A stretch of DNA of 64,000 nucleotides from Isurus oxyrinchus (lineage: Eukaryota). Below the pieces are notes generated by a model, which had not been told where the DNA came from, did not search any database, and saw only the letters and a list, made by a program, of their open reading frames with translations. This document shows, in pieces, positions 1 to 12,959 of the stretch. Every line of letters begins with the position of its first letter. Positions within the stretch are counted from its first letter, which is position 1. The stretch is from assembly GCA_026770705.1 (NCBI GenBank), contig JANJGN010000021.1:1922001-1986000 (forward strand). The letters run 5' to 3'. The translations under genes were made by a program, and so were the position numbers.

Positions 1-160
1 TCATTATCACGCTTCTGTTGCTGGGAGTTTGCTAGTGCACAAATTATCTGCATTACATTACAACAGTGATTACACTTCAAAAGTACTTAATTGGCTGTAT
101 AGCAGTCTGCAACATCCAGAGATCATGAAGGGTGCTACAAAAATGCAAGTTTTTCTTTTT
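1..160 (+). mobile_element. DeuSINE-type (SacSINE1/AmnSINE-like) SINE, 3' half
   Basis: Reads tcattatcac..gctgggagtttgct..acattacaacagtgattacacttcaaaagtacttaattggctgta..aaatgcaagt, aligning by eye to the complete copy at 39989-40425. Confidence 0.7.
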
Positions 161-1819
161 TTTATAATTCAGAGTTGGCCCTATCAAGGTATGCATCTCA
201 TTAATTATCTAATATGCCTCTGCAGCCCTTTCAAAGAAATACGAGCTTAGGTGCAGAATCTGTGTTTGATGGATTCATTTTCACCATTAAAAAGGTGATG
301 TGATCTTGAATGAACTTTTCGGCCAAATCAAGGAACTGCACCAGAAAATTACTTAACATCATTTCAGTCTCATGTACAATGCATGTGCATCATATACATG
401 AAAGGAGCCAGGGATGTTCCAAAGCTAGGTGCATTTGGTTACCATAGCTTGTGTATCAGAAATTTTACAATGGAATAGCGTTGCTGCATCACATACTCTG
501 GAACACAGTGAATGAAGATTGCTGAGAATCATGTTAAAATTACGACATGTGGAGAACAGGGAAGTTCAGGATATTTGCAGTGCTCTTGTGTCCCTCCTTC
601 AGTTCCTTCTTTCTTCCCAGCTCTTTCCCTGGACTCTTTTCTCTCTCCCTCTCACTCTGGCAAAATATATCTTCAGCTCTGTTTTCCGCTCCTTTTTGCT
701 TCTTACGGGAGTCCGAGAAGGGCTGATCACGATGAGGCACTCTGGGCACCACTCACTAGGATAACTGAACCGGCACTATTTTTGAGCAGGTCTATACAGT
801 GGCACTGGAGTAATGCCAACACCACTGTGAGCAAAACACACTCCACAATTGTCCTCCCCAAGAGGACAGCACCACAAATGCAAACGGTCCTTTTTTTTGT
901 CAGAACAAGTTCTAGCTTTCAGCAGAATTTGTGAACTGTTTCAAGTGTAATAGCGGGCCAGGTGATCTCTCTCAGAGATCAGTAGTGGGGAGAATGAACA
1001 TGGTTGTAAACAGGTCACTCTCCTCAGTTGCAGTCCTTATCAATTTTCACTAACCAAATTCTTCACTACAAATCTATTGCCGATCAGCTTATATCGAAAT
1101 TTACCTGACTTATCAGCCCTTGTGGCTTCCCATAATTCGGTGTTTTATTTGTGTGTTTGACAAGGTTTGGTGTGACATAGACTTCAACCACACACTCTGA
1201 CCTATTAAAGCTTCTGTATTCTTGAGGCTGTAAGATAAGCTGTTTTAATAAAAACGAAAACCTTCAACAATTTGTGAACCTGTGGCCATTCCCAAGATGG
1301 CCCTGGCTAACAATTTTAAAGCCTAAAATACACTTCAGTCCAAAAACCACATGTAGCATTATAGTTGGAGCTCTCTGTCAATGTGAGTTGCTCCCTATAA
1401 AACATGTATGATTTTGTGGCAATTAAAATTTCCCTTCATAAAAGAATGGGGAATTTGGAAATTTATGAAATGAATCTTCCAGGAAAGAAAATAAACTTGG
1501 CTGAGCTGGAAATTGAATCTATCCATCGTACCAACAATAATAAAAGATCTCTCAAATTCATTGCAGTATGGGAACATTTTTAAATGTACATAATCGCAAA
1601 GGGATTCGGGCAAAAGCAATAAGCTTCCATCATTCTATTTTGCCTCATTTCATTTTTGGTTTACAAAGAACATTCTGGGCAATGTTAGGTTTATTTGCTC
1701 TGAAACCAAATCGCCAAACACGCCCTCGTGCCATGAGATATATGGAGTTGAAAAATCTACCTTGGGCAGCTGCAGCAAATAGCATCTGTTGTACACGTCC
1801 ACCTGATATTCAGTTCCAT

Positions 1820-3060
1820 TAGGATCGTAGGAAAAGGAAGAGGTCATTTAGCCCCTCAAGCCTGGCCTGTTATTCAATAGGATCACCACGGCTCTGCGAC
1901 CTAACTCCACACACGCTGGGCAGAATTTTCTGCCTGTCAGGCGGGTGGGCCTGACCCAATCTCCAGCGGGTGGGGAGCCAATCCCCGCCGGAGAAGTGAG
2001 CCCCGCCGCCATTTTACGTGGGTGGGCCAATTAAGGCCCGCTCAGCGTGACATCCGGCGAGAAGCGCTATGCGCTCCCTGTGCAGGGGGGGGGGGGGGTT
2101 TCCCCAAAAGCGAGAGTGCGCTCTTCCGCACATGCGCACGAAAGAGCGCACATCTCCCTGAGGCTAAGTGCAGCCTCAGGGAGATCGCTGACACTTTTAA
2201 AAATGTTAAAAATAAAATTTAAAAATCCTTAACATGTCCCCCTCATGTGACAATGTCACACGAGATGGGACGTGTTCATAAGTTACACTAAAACTTTATT
2301 AAACTTTTTAAATTCCTACATGAAGCCTCATCCCGCCGGTGGATGAGGTTTCATGTTTTCTCTATTTGCCACCGGGGCTCCTGGCCTGCCTGCCAACCTT
2401 AAGGTTGGACGGGCAGGACCTTTAATTGTTTCAATGATCCTGTCAATGGCCTCAATTGGCCATTGACAGGTCGGTGGGCCCTCAGCTGATTTTGTTGTGC
2501 CATCACCTTCCTGAAAATTTAAATGGGGCGGAATGACGTCGGGGGTTCCACCCAACATCATCCCGCGTCATTTTACGTGTCGGCGAGTGGGCCCCACCCC
2601 TGCTCACCACTTCAGGTTAAGATTCAGCCCCCTGCCTTTGCTCCATATCCCTTAATAGTTTGGTTCACAAAAATGTCAATCTTTGTTATAAAATCACCAA
2701 GTGACCTTGCACCAATTGCCATTTGCGGAAGAGAGTTCCAAACTTTCAGCACCCTTCTGAGTGAAGAAATGTTTCCTAATTTTATTCCTGCAAGGTCTAG
2801 CTCTAAATTCTGTTGACTATGCCCCCTAGTCCTAAAACTCCTCAATTAGTGGAAACGGTTTCTCCCAATATACTCTTTCTGTTCCTCTTAATATCCTGAA
2901 AACTTAGATCAAATCGCCCCTTACCCTTCTAAATCTGAAGGAATATAGCCCTAGTTGTGTAATCTCTCTCTTGGAATTCCAGGTATCATTCTGATAAATT
3001 TATGCTGTGCTCCCTCCCAGGCCAATACATCCTCCCTAAAACCTGGTGCTCGGAACTGGC
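1820..3060 (-). mobile_element. CR1 LINE 3' fragment, interrupted by a Harbinger MITE at 1918-2630
   Basis: CR1 3' tail (ggaagaggtcatttagcccctcaagcctg) and minus-strand ORF 2624-2845 (TRGHS..RRVLKVWNSLP..FITKIDIF), typical of the CR1 ORF2 C-terminus. Confidence 0.7.
1918..2630 (+). mobile_element. Harbinger-type MITE (~710 bp)
   Basis: TIRs gggcagaattt / aagattcagccc; 3-bp flanks gct/cct; closely similar second copy at 25526-26170. Confidence 0.8.
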
Positions 3061-4239
3061 TTTATGATTGGCCAATGAGCTTTGTAGGAAACTGCTGTTC
3101 CTGGATCCTGGATGTGTCCAGTAAACCAGGGGAAAGAACAAGTAAAGGGGAAATAAATTGTATTTCCTGATCCATTCCAAATGGGGAAAAATAAATCATT
3201 TCCAGACAGCAAAAATGACTAATTTTTGAAACATTCAAAGAAAATTAGTTCACCAAATACCTTCCACTTGCAAAACTAGGAATGACACACTCTCAGTCCC
3301 ATTCATGGGGAATGTCACATGGTTTATAGACACAACGTAATGCAATTGTAGGATTATCGGGTGTGGCCATTGAGGTGTTAGTATTTCAGTCAAAGACTGA
3401 GGATTTCGGGCATTACGCAGTAGCGGAGGTACAGCCGTTGCTGGAGTGATGACAGGAGTAAGGTTGCTTTCTCATCTCTTGGGCTGAAGCTGCTTTGCAC
3501 GACTCCTCTGATCTAATACAACAGGTACCATGATGTGTCACCTTATGTTGTCACACAGGAAAATACCATGTTCAGCTCTATGTATCATTGTGCATTGGAA
3601 TGTAAGTGGCAGGTAAGTAGTCATTGGACAGAGGGTAAAAAAAAGTTGATAAAGAGCTAGAAACAGAGATGGTGACATAAATATGACAAGTTGGTGACTG
3701 AATATTCTCTCTGACAAAGAAGAAAAAATAGCAGGATGGTAGGAAGGATGTAAATAATTGGAGAGATGGGGAGAGCAACAATAAAATAGAAATATGGAGA
3801 AGGTAATGGATTGACATATTGTCACATAAAGACCATCTCTGCTTCTTCCTGTTACGGCTTTAGGACATGTAAATATTTTCTAAAGTATGTATCTTCTAGC
3901 TGCTAACAGCACTCCCATATTTAGGGCTTGGAGAGAACAGAGAGGAGGGACCTGGACATCAGAGGTACGTTCACGCCCGAGTTCCAACACAGCCAAGAAG
4001 CAGAATTCGGGGCCGGGGTTAGGGGGGGAAATTGGCTGCTATGTGCATGTTTGTCTTGCAGCAAAGACTCACGGAAAAAAGTGGAGAATTATTATGGGGA
4101 AAAAGGTAGCCTGTTCAGAAATTGTGGATCAGAGCGTGTAATCAGATTGCAGAGCGAGAGAGAACCATGGCCTGATACAGGTACTGAGCATATCTGCACT
4201 GTGGAAAAATAGTTAAAAATGCCACACAAAAATCCGGTT

Positions 4240-4350
4240 AACATAGAAAATAGGAGCAAGAGGAGGTCATTCGGCCCATCGAGCCAGCTCCGCCATTCAA
4301 TGCAACCATTGATCCTCTAACTCAATGCTGTACTCCTGCGCTCTCCCATT
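4240..4350 (-). mobile_element. CR1 LINE 3' tail fragment
   Basis: aacatagaaaataggagcaagaggaggtcattcggcccatcgagccagctccgccattcaat is the reverse complement of the CR1 tail seen at ~34740-34800. Confidence 0.65.
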
Positions 4351-4889
4351 TCTTCTCTCACATTTCTTCAGTGAAGGAGTTCAGTGCAGTTGGAAGACAG
4401 CTAGTCACCATTATGGTAGATTTTAAAAGTCATGTAACCCCAACTGGCCAATGAGATTTACAGAAAGCGACACTAAGAAAGATCAAGTAATTTATTATTG
4501 GCCAGTAAGATTAGCCTTTAAAGGGCTGTTGGTTAGACTGTGTAAAGACGATCCAAAACACAGCAGACCCAAGCCCAGCACAGGCTATGTGCTGGGCAGC
4601 CCAATGGGAAGAGGGTCCTGAAACAGCCTTCCTTCCTCTACTTGCATAGTGTCTAATGTCATTTTCAGGTGCGGACCTTGGGCATCTGTATTTCAGCTTT
4701 ACCAAGAAGGCACATGCACCACTTGCGGCGGAGAATGTGTTTGGATCTGCCACCTGCCGTACTAGCTGCTGACTGGATACTGGTTCACGCCCGCGTCAGT
4801 GATTTTCTGGGCCCTCATGGTTTTGATGAATTTTAAAAGCGGTCACAGGTGGTGAAGAATTCAGATAAATGTTTAGATTTTTAGCTAAG

Positions 4890-5305
4890 TGAGTGGTTAC
4901 AAGAATAGGAAGTGATGTGGCCTTGGCGAGGCTGCATTTGGAATTCTGTGATTAGCTTAGGTCTCAATATTGCAGGAAAGCTGGAGAATCATTGGAAAGG
5001 AGAGCTGAAGTATGACAAATAGTTGTCCACCCTAGATATTAACTCTCTGGAGAAGAGCAGGATAACGAGTATTCGATGGAGATCTTTAAGGTTTGCATGG
5101 GCATCAGGAATTTGGATCTAGGATATTTCTCCTAGGCACAGGACTATGGCACACAGTCGAAAATGAAAGATGTCAAAGGGTAGGAGGAAAGTTAGACATC
5201 TCTTTTCTCAGTGAGAGTGCGACCACATTATGAAACATCTTTAGCAGTGTGGCTGGTGGATTGAGAAGCCACAGCAGGGTTTAGAACAGGACTGAATGAA
5301 TTTCT
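4890..5305 (+). mobile_element. Old, degenerate CR1 ORF2 3' fragment
   Basis: Degenerate CR1 motifs (gccttggcgaggctgcatttggaattctgtg = AL.R.HLEFC; later ttttctcagtgagagtg). Confidence 0.4.
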
Positions 5306-5330
5306 ACTATCCAAAACATTACTACATCAT

Positions 5331-6232
5331 TGTCATGAAAGTATAATAATTCTCATAATATTATTGTGATTTATTGTAAAAGTAGGTTAATAGTGGGGTT
5401 TGGATAGTTTCTCTGTGTGTGGGATTTAATTGAATTGGAGACAGCTGGTCTGGAGGCTTTTGATTTATCAAAAGAATCTAGGTTTGAAATGCTAAATACG
5501 TAAACGTGTCTGAAGTTTTAGAAAGTGAAGTGAGGAGAATTTGCATTTTTAGATAAATCAGGGTAGTCTGAATTTCAAAGAGATGGTAGGATGTTATACC
5601 TAGCCAGAGAAGCTAGGCCAAGCAGTGTGTTTATTTTTCCCAAAGGTTACTGGTAATACTAGCATCATGAAAAGATTTATATTATGAGAAAGATAAAGTT
5701 CCAAAGACATGTGGAAACAATGGAATTTGCATTAAAAGGAAGAAACATGTATAAAGGAGAATGAGACTGTATGTCAGAGGGGAAGGCATTGTAGGATCTA
5801 CCAGAAACATGAAAAGCCTCCAGTATTTGTGCATTAAACTGCAGTCTACAGAAACTGAAGCTGGGAAAAGCCACTTTGAATTCTACTGTCCAGGGTACTG
5901 TGGTGAATTTCCTGGATCTGTTCAAAATCTATTTGTTTTTTACTGTTGTCTTAACAGAGGTGTAACCAGACGCCAGATAAATTAGGGGTTTTAGGAGTTA
6001 ATGTAATAACAATTTGTAGACATATGTGCGTGCTTGAAATCTTTTCTTTTGTTAATAAATGTTTAATTTAGTTTTGTATAAAGTCTCTAGAGTCTTGATA
6101 GATATATTACTACTGAATTCAGGGCATACCTCTCGAAATAAAATACAAATTGCAAGATCATTGTGACCGTATGATCAAGTTTCGCTTGTGGATTTAGTCT
6201 GCCTGGCACACAACATGTGCTGCATCATAACA
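5331..6232 (+). mobile_element. Solo LTR (902 bp)
   Basis: Begins TGTCATGA and ends TCATAACA (TG..CA with short inverted ends); perfect 5-bp TSD ATCAT at 5326-5330 and 6233-6237; AATAAA near 6054. Confidence 0.85.
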
Positions 6233-7577
6233 ATCATGATAAAGGAGATTTTCTGCCTTGGCATGGTAGCACACTGTCAGGAACACGTAAGGAAATTAGC
6301 CATCTGTGGACCGATAAAATTCGGACCAGTTGGGTGTTTCTGAACATTTGCAGCTTTCTGTATATAGTGGAATTAATGGTTACAGATCAAGCATATGCTT
6401 AGGTAAATCTGGTGATCTGGGAGTGACTATTCTTTGCGTTTCATTCAATCTGTCTTTGGGCAATTAATGCACATTTAATATTTACAGACAGCAGCTTACA
6501 TTCTCAGGGGATCCATTTTCTTTTTAACTCCTGCCAACTAGCTCAGGAATGTAATTAAAAACCATTCCAAAAATATCTGCTTGGAGTCTCATCTCTACAA
6601 GCCAGAGTTGTTTCTTTAAAACTGGTTGTAAATTCTCTTTCCATAATCCTAAACCATGGGCTCTCATTTCCACATCGCCGACGTTTGGCAAACACATCAA
6701 GTTACATTAGAGACGAGTATTAAGAAGAAAGATTTCTGTGGGATGTGATTTTAAAACACGTAGGTCTGTCAAAGGAGCAACAAGGACTTTAATCCTTCAT
6801 TGTCATAGTCCAGATCTCAGCTCTCCTGCAGCATTGTTTGATACACTTGGTGATTATATTAACTGCTATTACTTATCCTACTGCATGTTGATTCAGAGAA
6901 TACTTATCACTTGCATTCAAAGTGTTCAGATTAATGGGCAATGCTTGAGTAAAATACCAAGAGTGGGCAATTTTAACACAAACTTCCAAAATGATCCTTA
7001 AAATGAATGCGATAATTGTCAGTTCTAAACGAGCAAACTCAGCCTTTAGCTCTGACCTCTTGGAGTCTGTTAAGTGTAAGCTATGTTTTTTAATGGAACA
7101 TTATATTTTTTTAATGAGACGTTATGTTAATTTGGTTATTGCTTTTGCTCAAATATGGCCTTTAGGCCAGCAAAGGCAAGAAGAAGTCTATTCAGCTAAC
7201 ATTTGTAAGGCTAATGGATAATACTGCAGACTGAGAAATGAGTCGCAGATTGTTAGCCCGTATGGATTTGAACCCTAATTTCTAACTCTCATGTGAGTTT
7301 TTATTTTTTCTGTCCTCTGCATCTATCTTTCAAATCATGAAACAACGGTTCTCAAATATTTTCAGTTTCTCAAAAATTCAGAGCCTCTCATACCCGCCTC
7401 ATGATGGATACTGGCTCTGAAAGGTCTGACAAACAACAGTCATCTTGCTGTTCTGTAAGTAAAATAAACAAATAAATACGAAATCTACAATATGCAAAAA
7501 TGATCAGGTTTCTCTTTTTTTTGGAATTAATGTTTCATAGAATACAAACATTTGTTACTTAGTAGTACAGAACTTGA

Positions 7578-7742
7578 GTATTGCTGAAAAAGGAGGCAGT
7601 TATCAAAGCTTTTTGTCTTGCACTCATCAGGACAGATGCAAGAATACCAAATTTCAAAGAGAGCAACAATTTATGCTGCATGAGAAAAGAGGTTGGATTG
7701 GTTGGCAAGATGTCTTGACCAATCAGAGTCAACTTGCCAACC
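7578..7742 (-). mobile_element. Penelope-like element terminal fragment with degenerate hammerhead motif (family B)
   Basis: Minus strand reads ctgtc CTGATGA gtgcaagac AAAA agct TT gataa; homologous copy at ~59657-59810. Confidence 0.6.
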
Positions 7743-8890
7743 TGCCCTTGATATCAGGGCAGCATTTGACCAAGTGTGGCATCAAGGTGCACTAGCAAAA
7801 CTGGAGTCGATGGGAATGAGGGGGACAACTTGCCGCTGGTTGAAGTCATACCTAACACAAAGGAAGAAGGCTGTGGTTTTTTGGAGGTCAGTCATCTCAG
7901 TTCCAGGACATCACTGCTGGAGTTCCTCAGGGTGGTGTCCTTGGCCCAACCATCTGCAGCTGACCTTCTTTCCATCATAAGGTCAGAAGTAGGGATGTTC
8001 GCTGATGATTACACAATATTCAGCACCATTCACAGCTTCTCAGATACTGAGGCAGTCTATTTCCGAATGCAGCAAGACCTGGACAATATCCAGGCTTGGG
8101 CTGACAAGTGGCAAGTAACATTCGCGCCACACAAGTGCCAGGCAATGACAATCTCCAACAAGAGAGAATCTAACCATCGCCCCTTGATGTTCAATGGCAT
8201 TACCATCACTGAATCGCCCACTATCAACATCCTGGGCATTACCATTGACCAGAAAGTAAACTGTACTAACTATATAAATGCTGTGGCTACAAGAGCAGGT
8301 CAGAGGCTAGGAATCCTGCAGTGAATAACTCACCTCCTGACTCCCCAAGCCTGTCCACCATTTACAAGGCACAAGTCAGGAGTGTGATGGAATACTCTCC
8401 ACTTTCTTGGATGAGTGCAGCTTCAAAAACACTCAAGAAGCTTGACATCGTCCAGGAAAAAACAGTCCACTTGATTGGTACCACATCCACAAACATCCAA
8501 TCCCTCCACCACTGACACACAGTAGCAGCAGTGTGTACCATCTACAAGATACACCACAGGAATTCACCAAGGCTCCTTTGACAGCACCTTCCAAATCTAT
8601 AACCACTGCCATCTAGAATGAGCAGAGACATAGGAACACCACCACCTGGAAGTTCCCCTCCAAGTCACTCAGCATCCTGACTTGGAAATATATCGCCGTT
8701 CCTTCACTGTCGCTGGGTCAAAATCCTGGAACTCGCTTCCTAACAGCACTGTGGGTGTACCTACACCACATAGACTGCAGCGGTTCAAGGAGGCAGCTCA
8801 CCACCACCACCTTCTCAAGGGCACTTGGGGATAGGCAATAAATGGTGGCCTAGCCAGCGATGCCCACATCCCATAAATGAATTTTTAAAA
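7743..8890 (+). mobile_element. 5'-truncated non-LTR retrotransposon (CR1-superfamily, L2/Crack-like) RT C-terminus and 3' tail
   Basis: Frameshifted RT motifs ALDIRAAFDQVWHQG, GVPQGGVLGP, EVGMFADD, QAWADKWQVTF, LGITIDQK, YKAQVRSVMEYS; tail cccacatcccataaatgaatttttaaaa. Confidence 0.9.
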
Positions 8891-9326
8891 ATTATAGGTA
8901 CTGAGGGCCCTAACCTCTTTACTACCCCAAGCTGGGTACAATTCCAGCATCAGGAGATGATGTTGTGCCAAAATGAAGAGGCTCAATATGCAAAATCCAG
9001 CGGCACCAGGTGATGATGGGGTCTAGGTGTTGGGGGAGATAAGGTTGAAGCTGGCTCTGGGTGTCAATTATTTTCTAGATCCAAGGAAAACATTCCACCT
9101 TCTTCAAAATCCACAAAAGAACAAAACTGAGTGAAGTTTTGGGGCTGTTTTTTCACGATCCTTAGCAACGCCTTTCAGTCCTGCTGATTAATACCAATTG
9201 AACTCTACACATCACAAACTCTTACTACTCTAAGTGAATTTACAGTCTGGCTCTGAAGGGGAGTCAGGAGCCTCATTTTGGCCTATCTCATTTTGGCCTG
9301 ACCAATTTAGCAGTGACCATGTATGA

Positions 9327-9490
9327 CCATAAGAAATAGGGGCAGGAGCAGGCCATATGACCCCACAAGCCTGCTGCCACATTCAGTTCGATCATGGCTG
9401 AACGTTTACATCAACTCCACCATCCCAGCCTTTCCCCCATCTCTTGATTCCCTTAGTGCCTCAAAATCTATCAATCTCAGTCTTACTGCA
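9327..9490 (-). mobile_element. CR1 LINE 3' tail fragment
   Basis: ccataagaaataggggcaggagcaggccat..gatcatggctga..caactccac, the same tail as other CR1 copies. Confidence 0.65.
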
Positions 9491-9617
9491 ACACCTATGT
9501 AGTTTCTAGGCAAACCTCTGACCTGCTCAATTAATTATTATTAACTCAGTTTTATAAATGTAAAACAAGCAGCACAGTGTTGAATTCAAGCTCCTGTAAT
9601 AGTGGAACATACAAATG

Positions 9618-9945
9618 TTTTTTTATATTCGTTCATTGGATGTGGGTATCTCTGGCTAGACCAGTATTTATTGCCCATTCTTAATTGCCCATATTCAGAG
9701 GGCAGTTAAGAATCCACCACATTGCTGTGGATCTGGAGTCATGTGTAGGCCAGACCAGGTAAGGATGGCAGATTTCCTTCCCTAAAGGATATTAGTGAAC
9801 CAGGTGGGTTTTTTACAACCATGGTTTCATGGTCATTAGACTTTTAATTCCAGATTTTTATTGAATTCAAATTCCACCATCTGATGGGATGGGATTCAAA
9901 CCCAGGTTCCCAGAGCGTGACCCTGGGCCTCTGGATTATTGCCTC
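9618..9945 (-). mobile_element. tRNA-derived SINE sharing its 3' tail with the L2/Crack-like LINE
   Basis: Reverse complement matches SINE copies at 43998-44320 and 61380-61750 (B-box-like gggtttgaatccc, cctttagggaaggaaatctgcc, LINE-like tail). Confidence 0.8.
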
Positions 9946-9974
9946 CCCTTTTCATCAAATAATTGAAATTAATT

Positions 9975-10367
9975 TGTCATTGCCCGTCCAAACGTTCGGT
10001 TGACCGGCCGGCCGGCGAAAAGGCCGGGCAGCCTGTGCATTTTTTGCGAAACCTCATTCACGGGCAGGATGAGGCTTCCAACGGAGTCTAAACAAATAAA
10101 AAAAAAAATTTTAAAACTCATTTGTCACATGTCCCTGCACATGTGACCGAGTCACATGTGGGGACATGTTTTCCTTATTTGAAAAATCTTTATTTCGCAG
10201 GTTAAGAATCTTCAGCTCCCCAATGCAGCGCTGTACCTGCAGGGAGCTTTCACTGAGCGCACCCGTTAATTGGCCATTAGTGAAACCGCAGTTGGGGCCC
10301 AATCGCGGGTGGCGGACCGTTGCGCAGCCGCTCCCGGGCCCACCCAATGAGGGGGAAATCCTAACCC
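9975..10367 (-). mobile_element. Partial Harbinger-type MITE related to the 1918-2630 family
   Basis: Shares gaaacctcat..ggatgagg, gtcacatgtggggacatgtt and taattggcc motifs in reverse orientation; TIR-like end gaaatcctaaccc. Confidence 0.6.
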
Positions 10368-11774
10368 AAGTCACCAAGACAGAAACCAATACGGCCTCAT
10401 GCTTTCATAACTCGTCCCTTTGTCCCAGTGTGCTGGTGCAGCCTCCGGCACCTTGGAAGGGGGTGTGGATAAAGAGGAAGAAGGAGAGAGTGGGGTTACA
10501 GAACGCATTTTGTCTCTAAGATTGCCAGAAGAACGAGTGCGGAGTTGGGGGCCGGGGTGGATTTGGGGCTGCGAGGACTGGGGGGTGGGGGGGGGTGGTG
10601 TGGGTGGGGGGGGGGGGAGTGTGGTGGCGTAGTGAAGAGGTTGGGTGAATGACAGTATTAAAAATATTAAGCGATATGATTATTTACATAAATTAACCAG
10701 CCCAAATCCAGGCTGGGAATGACAACAAGGCCCTTTAATACAGAAATATTTTCTCCACAGTGGAGGTAGAATCAAAGCCGCTGTCTACTTCTCACTAGTG
10801 GCCTGTTCCCTTATACATGAAAAGTCAATTTATTCACTGTAGTTCCGTCTGAAACTAAGAAAGTGCAGTCGCTTTTCAAAAAGAATTATCTGCACTGAAT
10901 TGCATCATTTGTATTCAGCTTTTAATGATTTATGTTGAAAGTGATTTGTATTTCAGTAAATGGATTGATGTACATACTGCAATAAGTGAGGGTGTGGGCT
11001 ATAGCCTGGGGCAGTCCCTGCAAAGCCCAGCATTGCAAGACTCTGAAGAATGCTTCTTTGGTACTCATGAAAGAGACCTTCAGTCCTTGCATGTAAAAGC
11101 TAATCTTAAGGTTGCAAGGATCATGCCCTCAGTATGTCAGAAATGGTGCGTGATCTAATTCCTCAGTGCTCCCTATTGTCTACCACCTCTTTGTGACATT
11201 TGCATTTTGCATGCGATTGAATTTGTGAGGTACTGTAAAATTTATGAGGATATTCCTAATTCCATTGATAGCAGCAGACAATTCATCATCCTCCTGCACT
11301 GTGATGTTAACTCTTCCAATTCTAAATGAGCTGCTTTCCGCGTGGCAGTGCGTTAGTTCACAGTACTATTTGCAGAGGTAAGTGATCACTCAGAACATTG
11401 TCATCAATGTTGGTACACTACTGAAAAATTAGTTAAAATTGAAGACCACTTTCTTTGCCAAAAGTGGCACAAACTGTTGAAGAAAGGTTAATTGCACTTG
11501 CTGGTCACCACTTGAATTCAGAAAGTTTTACGCAATTCTAGAATCCCAAAACCAGTTTCCCTATAATCCCATGTTTGCTCCTGTTTAAATGACAAATAAT
11601 TGTATATTTGGACAGCAGATTACAGCAACAACTTGAACTTATGCAGTGCCTCCAACATAGAAAAATGTCTCAAGATACCTCATAAAGGTGGAAATAAAAA
11701 TTGGCTACCAGGTTAGCTGGGTTTTCATTTAAAACTTTATTAAGAGATTAGCTGGACCTGTTTTGACCAGTGGT

Positions 11775-12085
11775 TTTTCTTTATTCTTTCATGGGATGTG
11801 GGTGTTACTAGCTAGATCAGGATTTATTGCCCATCCCTAATTGCCCTTGAGAAGGTGGTGATGAGCTGCCTTCTTGAACCGCTGCAAACCATGTGGTGTA
11901 GGTACATCCATGGTGCTGTTAGGGAGGGAGTTCCAGGATTTTGACCCAGTGACAGTGAATGAATGGCGATATATTTCCAAGTCAGGATGGTGAGTGAATT
12001 GGACAGGAACTTGCAGGAGATGGTGTTTCCATGTATCTGCTGCACTTGTCCTTTCAGGTGGTAGAGGTTGTGAGTTTGGAAGGTG
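11775..12085 (-). mobile_element. L2/Crack-like LINE 3' fragment
   Basis: Reverse complement of ~8590-8885; ORF 11837-12121 includes SKSWNSLPNS..GLQRFKKAAHHHLLKGN. Confidence 0.85.
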
Positions 12086-12642
12086 TGACAATAACTTAAT
12101 CTTCGAGGCTAATATGTACATTTACATAATATCTAAATCTACAATATATTTAAACAGTAGGCTTTGACATTGCTGAGTTTCTAAAATGTTACATGTTTAT
12201 CCTAAATTATCAAATTTTATTGCCTCTGGCAGTAGCTTGATAAAATTTTAATTATTAGTGCTTCTCCTGTAGCACTCCTCACAGGAAGGTAGAGGATATG
12301 ATCTGTTTTAAAGAGTTTTATAGAATACAATGTACACTGTATAGGGAGTAGAGGATCGATGCACATGTTAAATGCAAATATGCCCACTGGATGTATTAGA
12401 AATAGTTTGATGTACCATTTCATCAACCTTCAGCACTGTGATATTAACTCCTTAAATTCTAAATGAGCACTGCTGCTTTCCACGTGTGTTAGTTCACAGT
12501 ACAAACTATTTGTAGGCATAAACTGTATAAAGTATCAATCAGAATATTGCTATCAATAGTGCAACTGGTAGACTCTCACCCAATTGTGGCTTTATTCAGA
12601 GGATGTACTGTTTTGTAGAAACCAGAGCGTTATTAACAAAAG

Positions 12643-12959
12643 GGAAACAGAACATGCTGCAAAAACTCAGCAGGTCTAGCAGCAGCTATGGAGAGAGAGA
12701 AACAGTGTTAACGTTTCAAGTCTGTATGACCGTCCTTCAGAGCTGCCTTCTTGAACCGCTGCAGTCCATGAGGTGTAGGTACACCCACAGTGCTGTTAGG
12801 GAGGGAGTTCCAGGAATGCCAGAGCTCTGAAGGAGGGTCATACAGACTTGAAACGTTGACTCTGTTTCTCTCTCCATAGATGGTGCTAGACCTGCTGAGT
12901 TTTTCCAGCACTTTCTGGTTTTGTTTCAGATTCCCAGCATCCGCAGCATTTTGCTTTTA
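12643..12959. mobile_element. Penelope-tail palindrome with a captured LINE fragment as spacer
   Basis: Inverted arms ~12645-12744 and ~12821-12925; perfect 15-bp TSD cgttattaacaaaag (12628-12642 / 12960-12974); hammerhead-like ctgaagga-gggtc..gactt-gaaacgtt in both arms. Confidence 0.85.

Noticed and set aside
3385-3515. Possible minus-strand exon (IRGVVQSSFSPRDEKATLLL..)
   Set aside because: Acceptor-like site present but no recognisable protein similarity or partner exons.
10540-10630. G-rich tract with G-quadruplex potential
   Set aside because: Poly-G/poly-C tracts are frequent throughout the window (e.g. ~16957, ~35900, ~47820) and nothing distinguishes this one.
10925-11158. Possible exon, open on both strands
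   Set aside because: No recognisable homology and no convincing splice pair.
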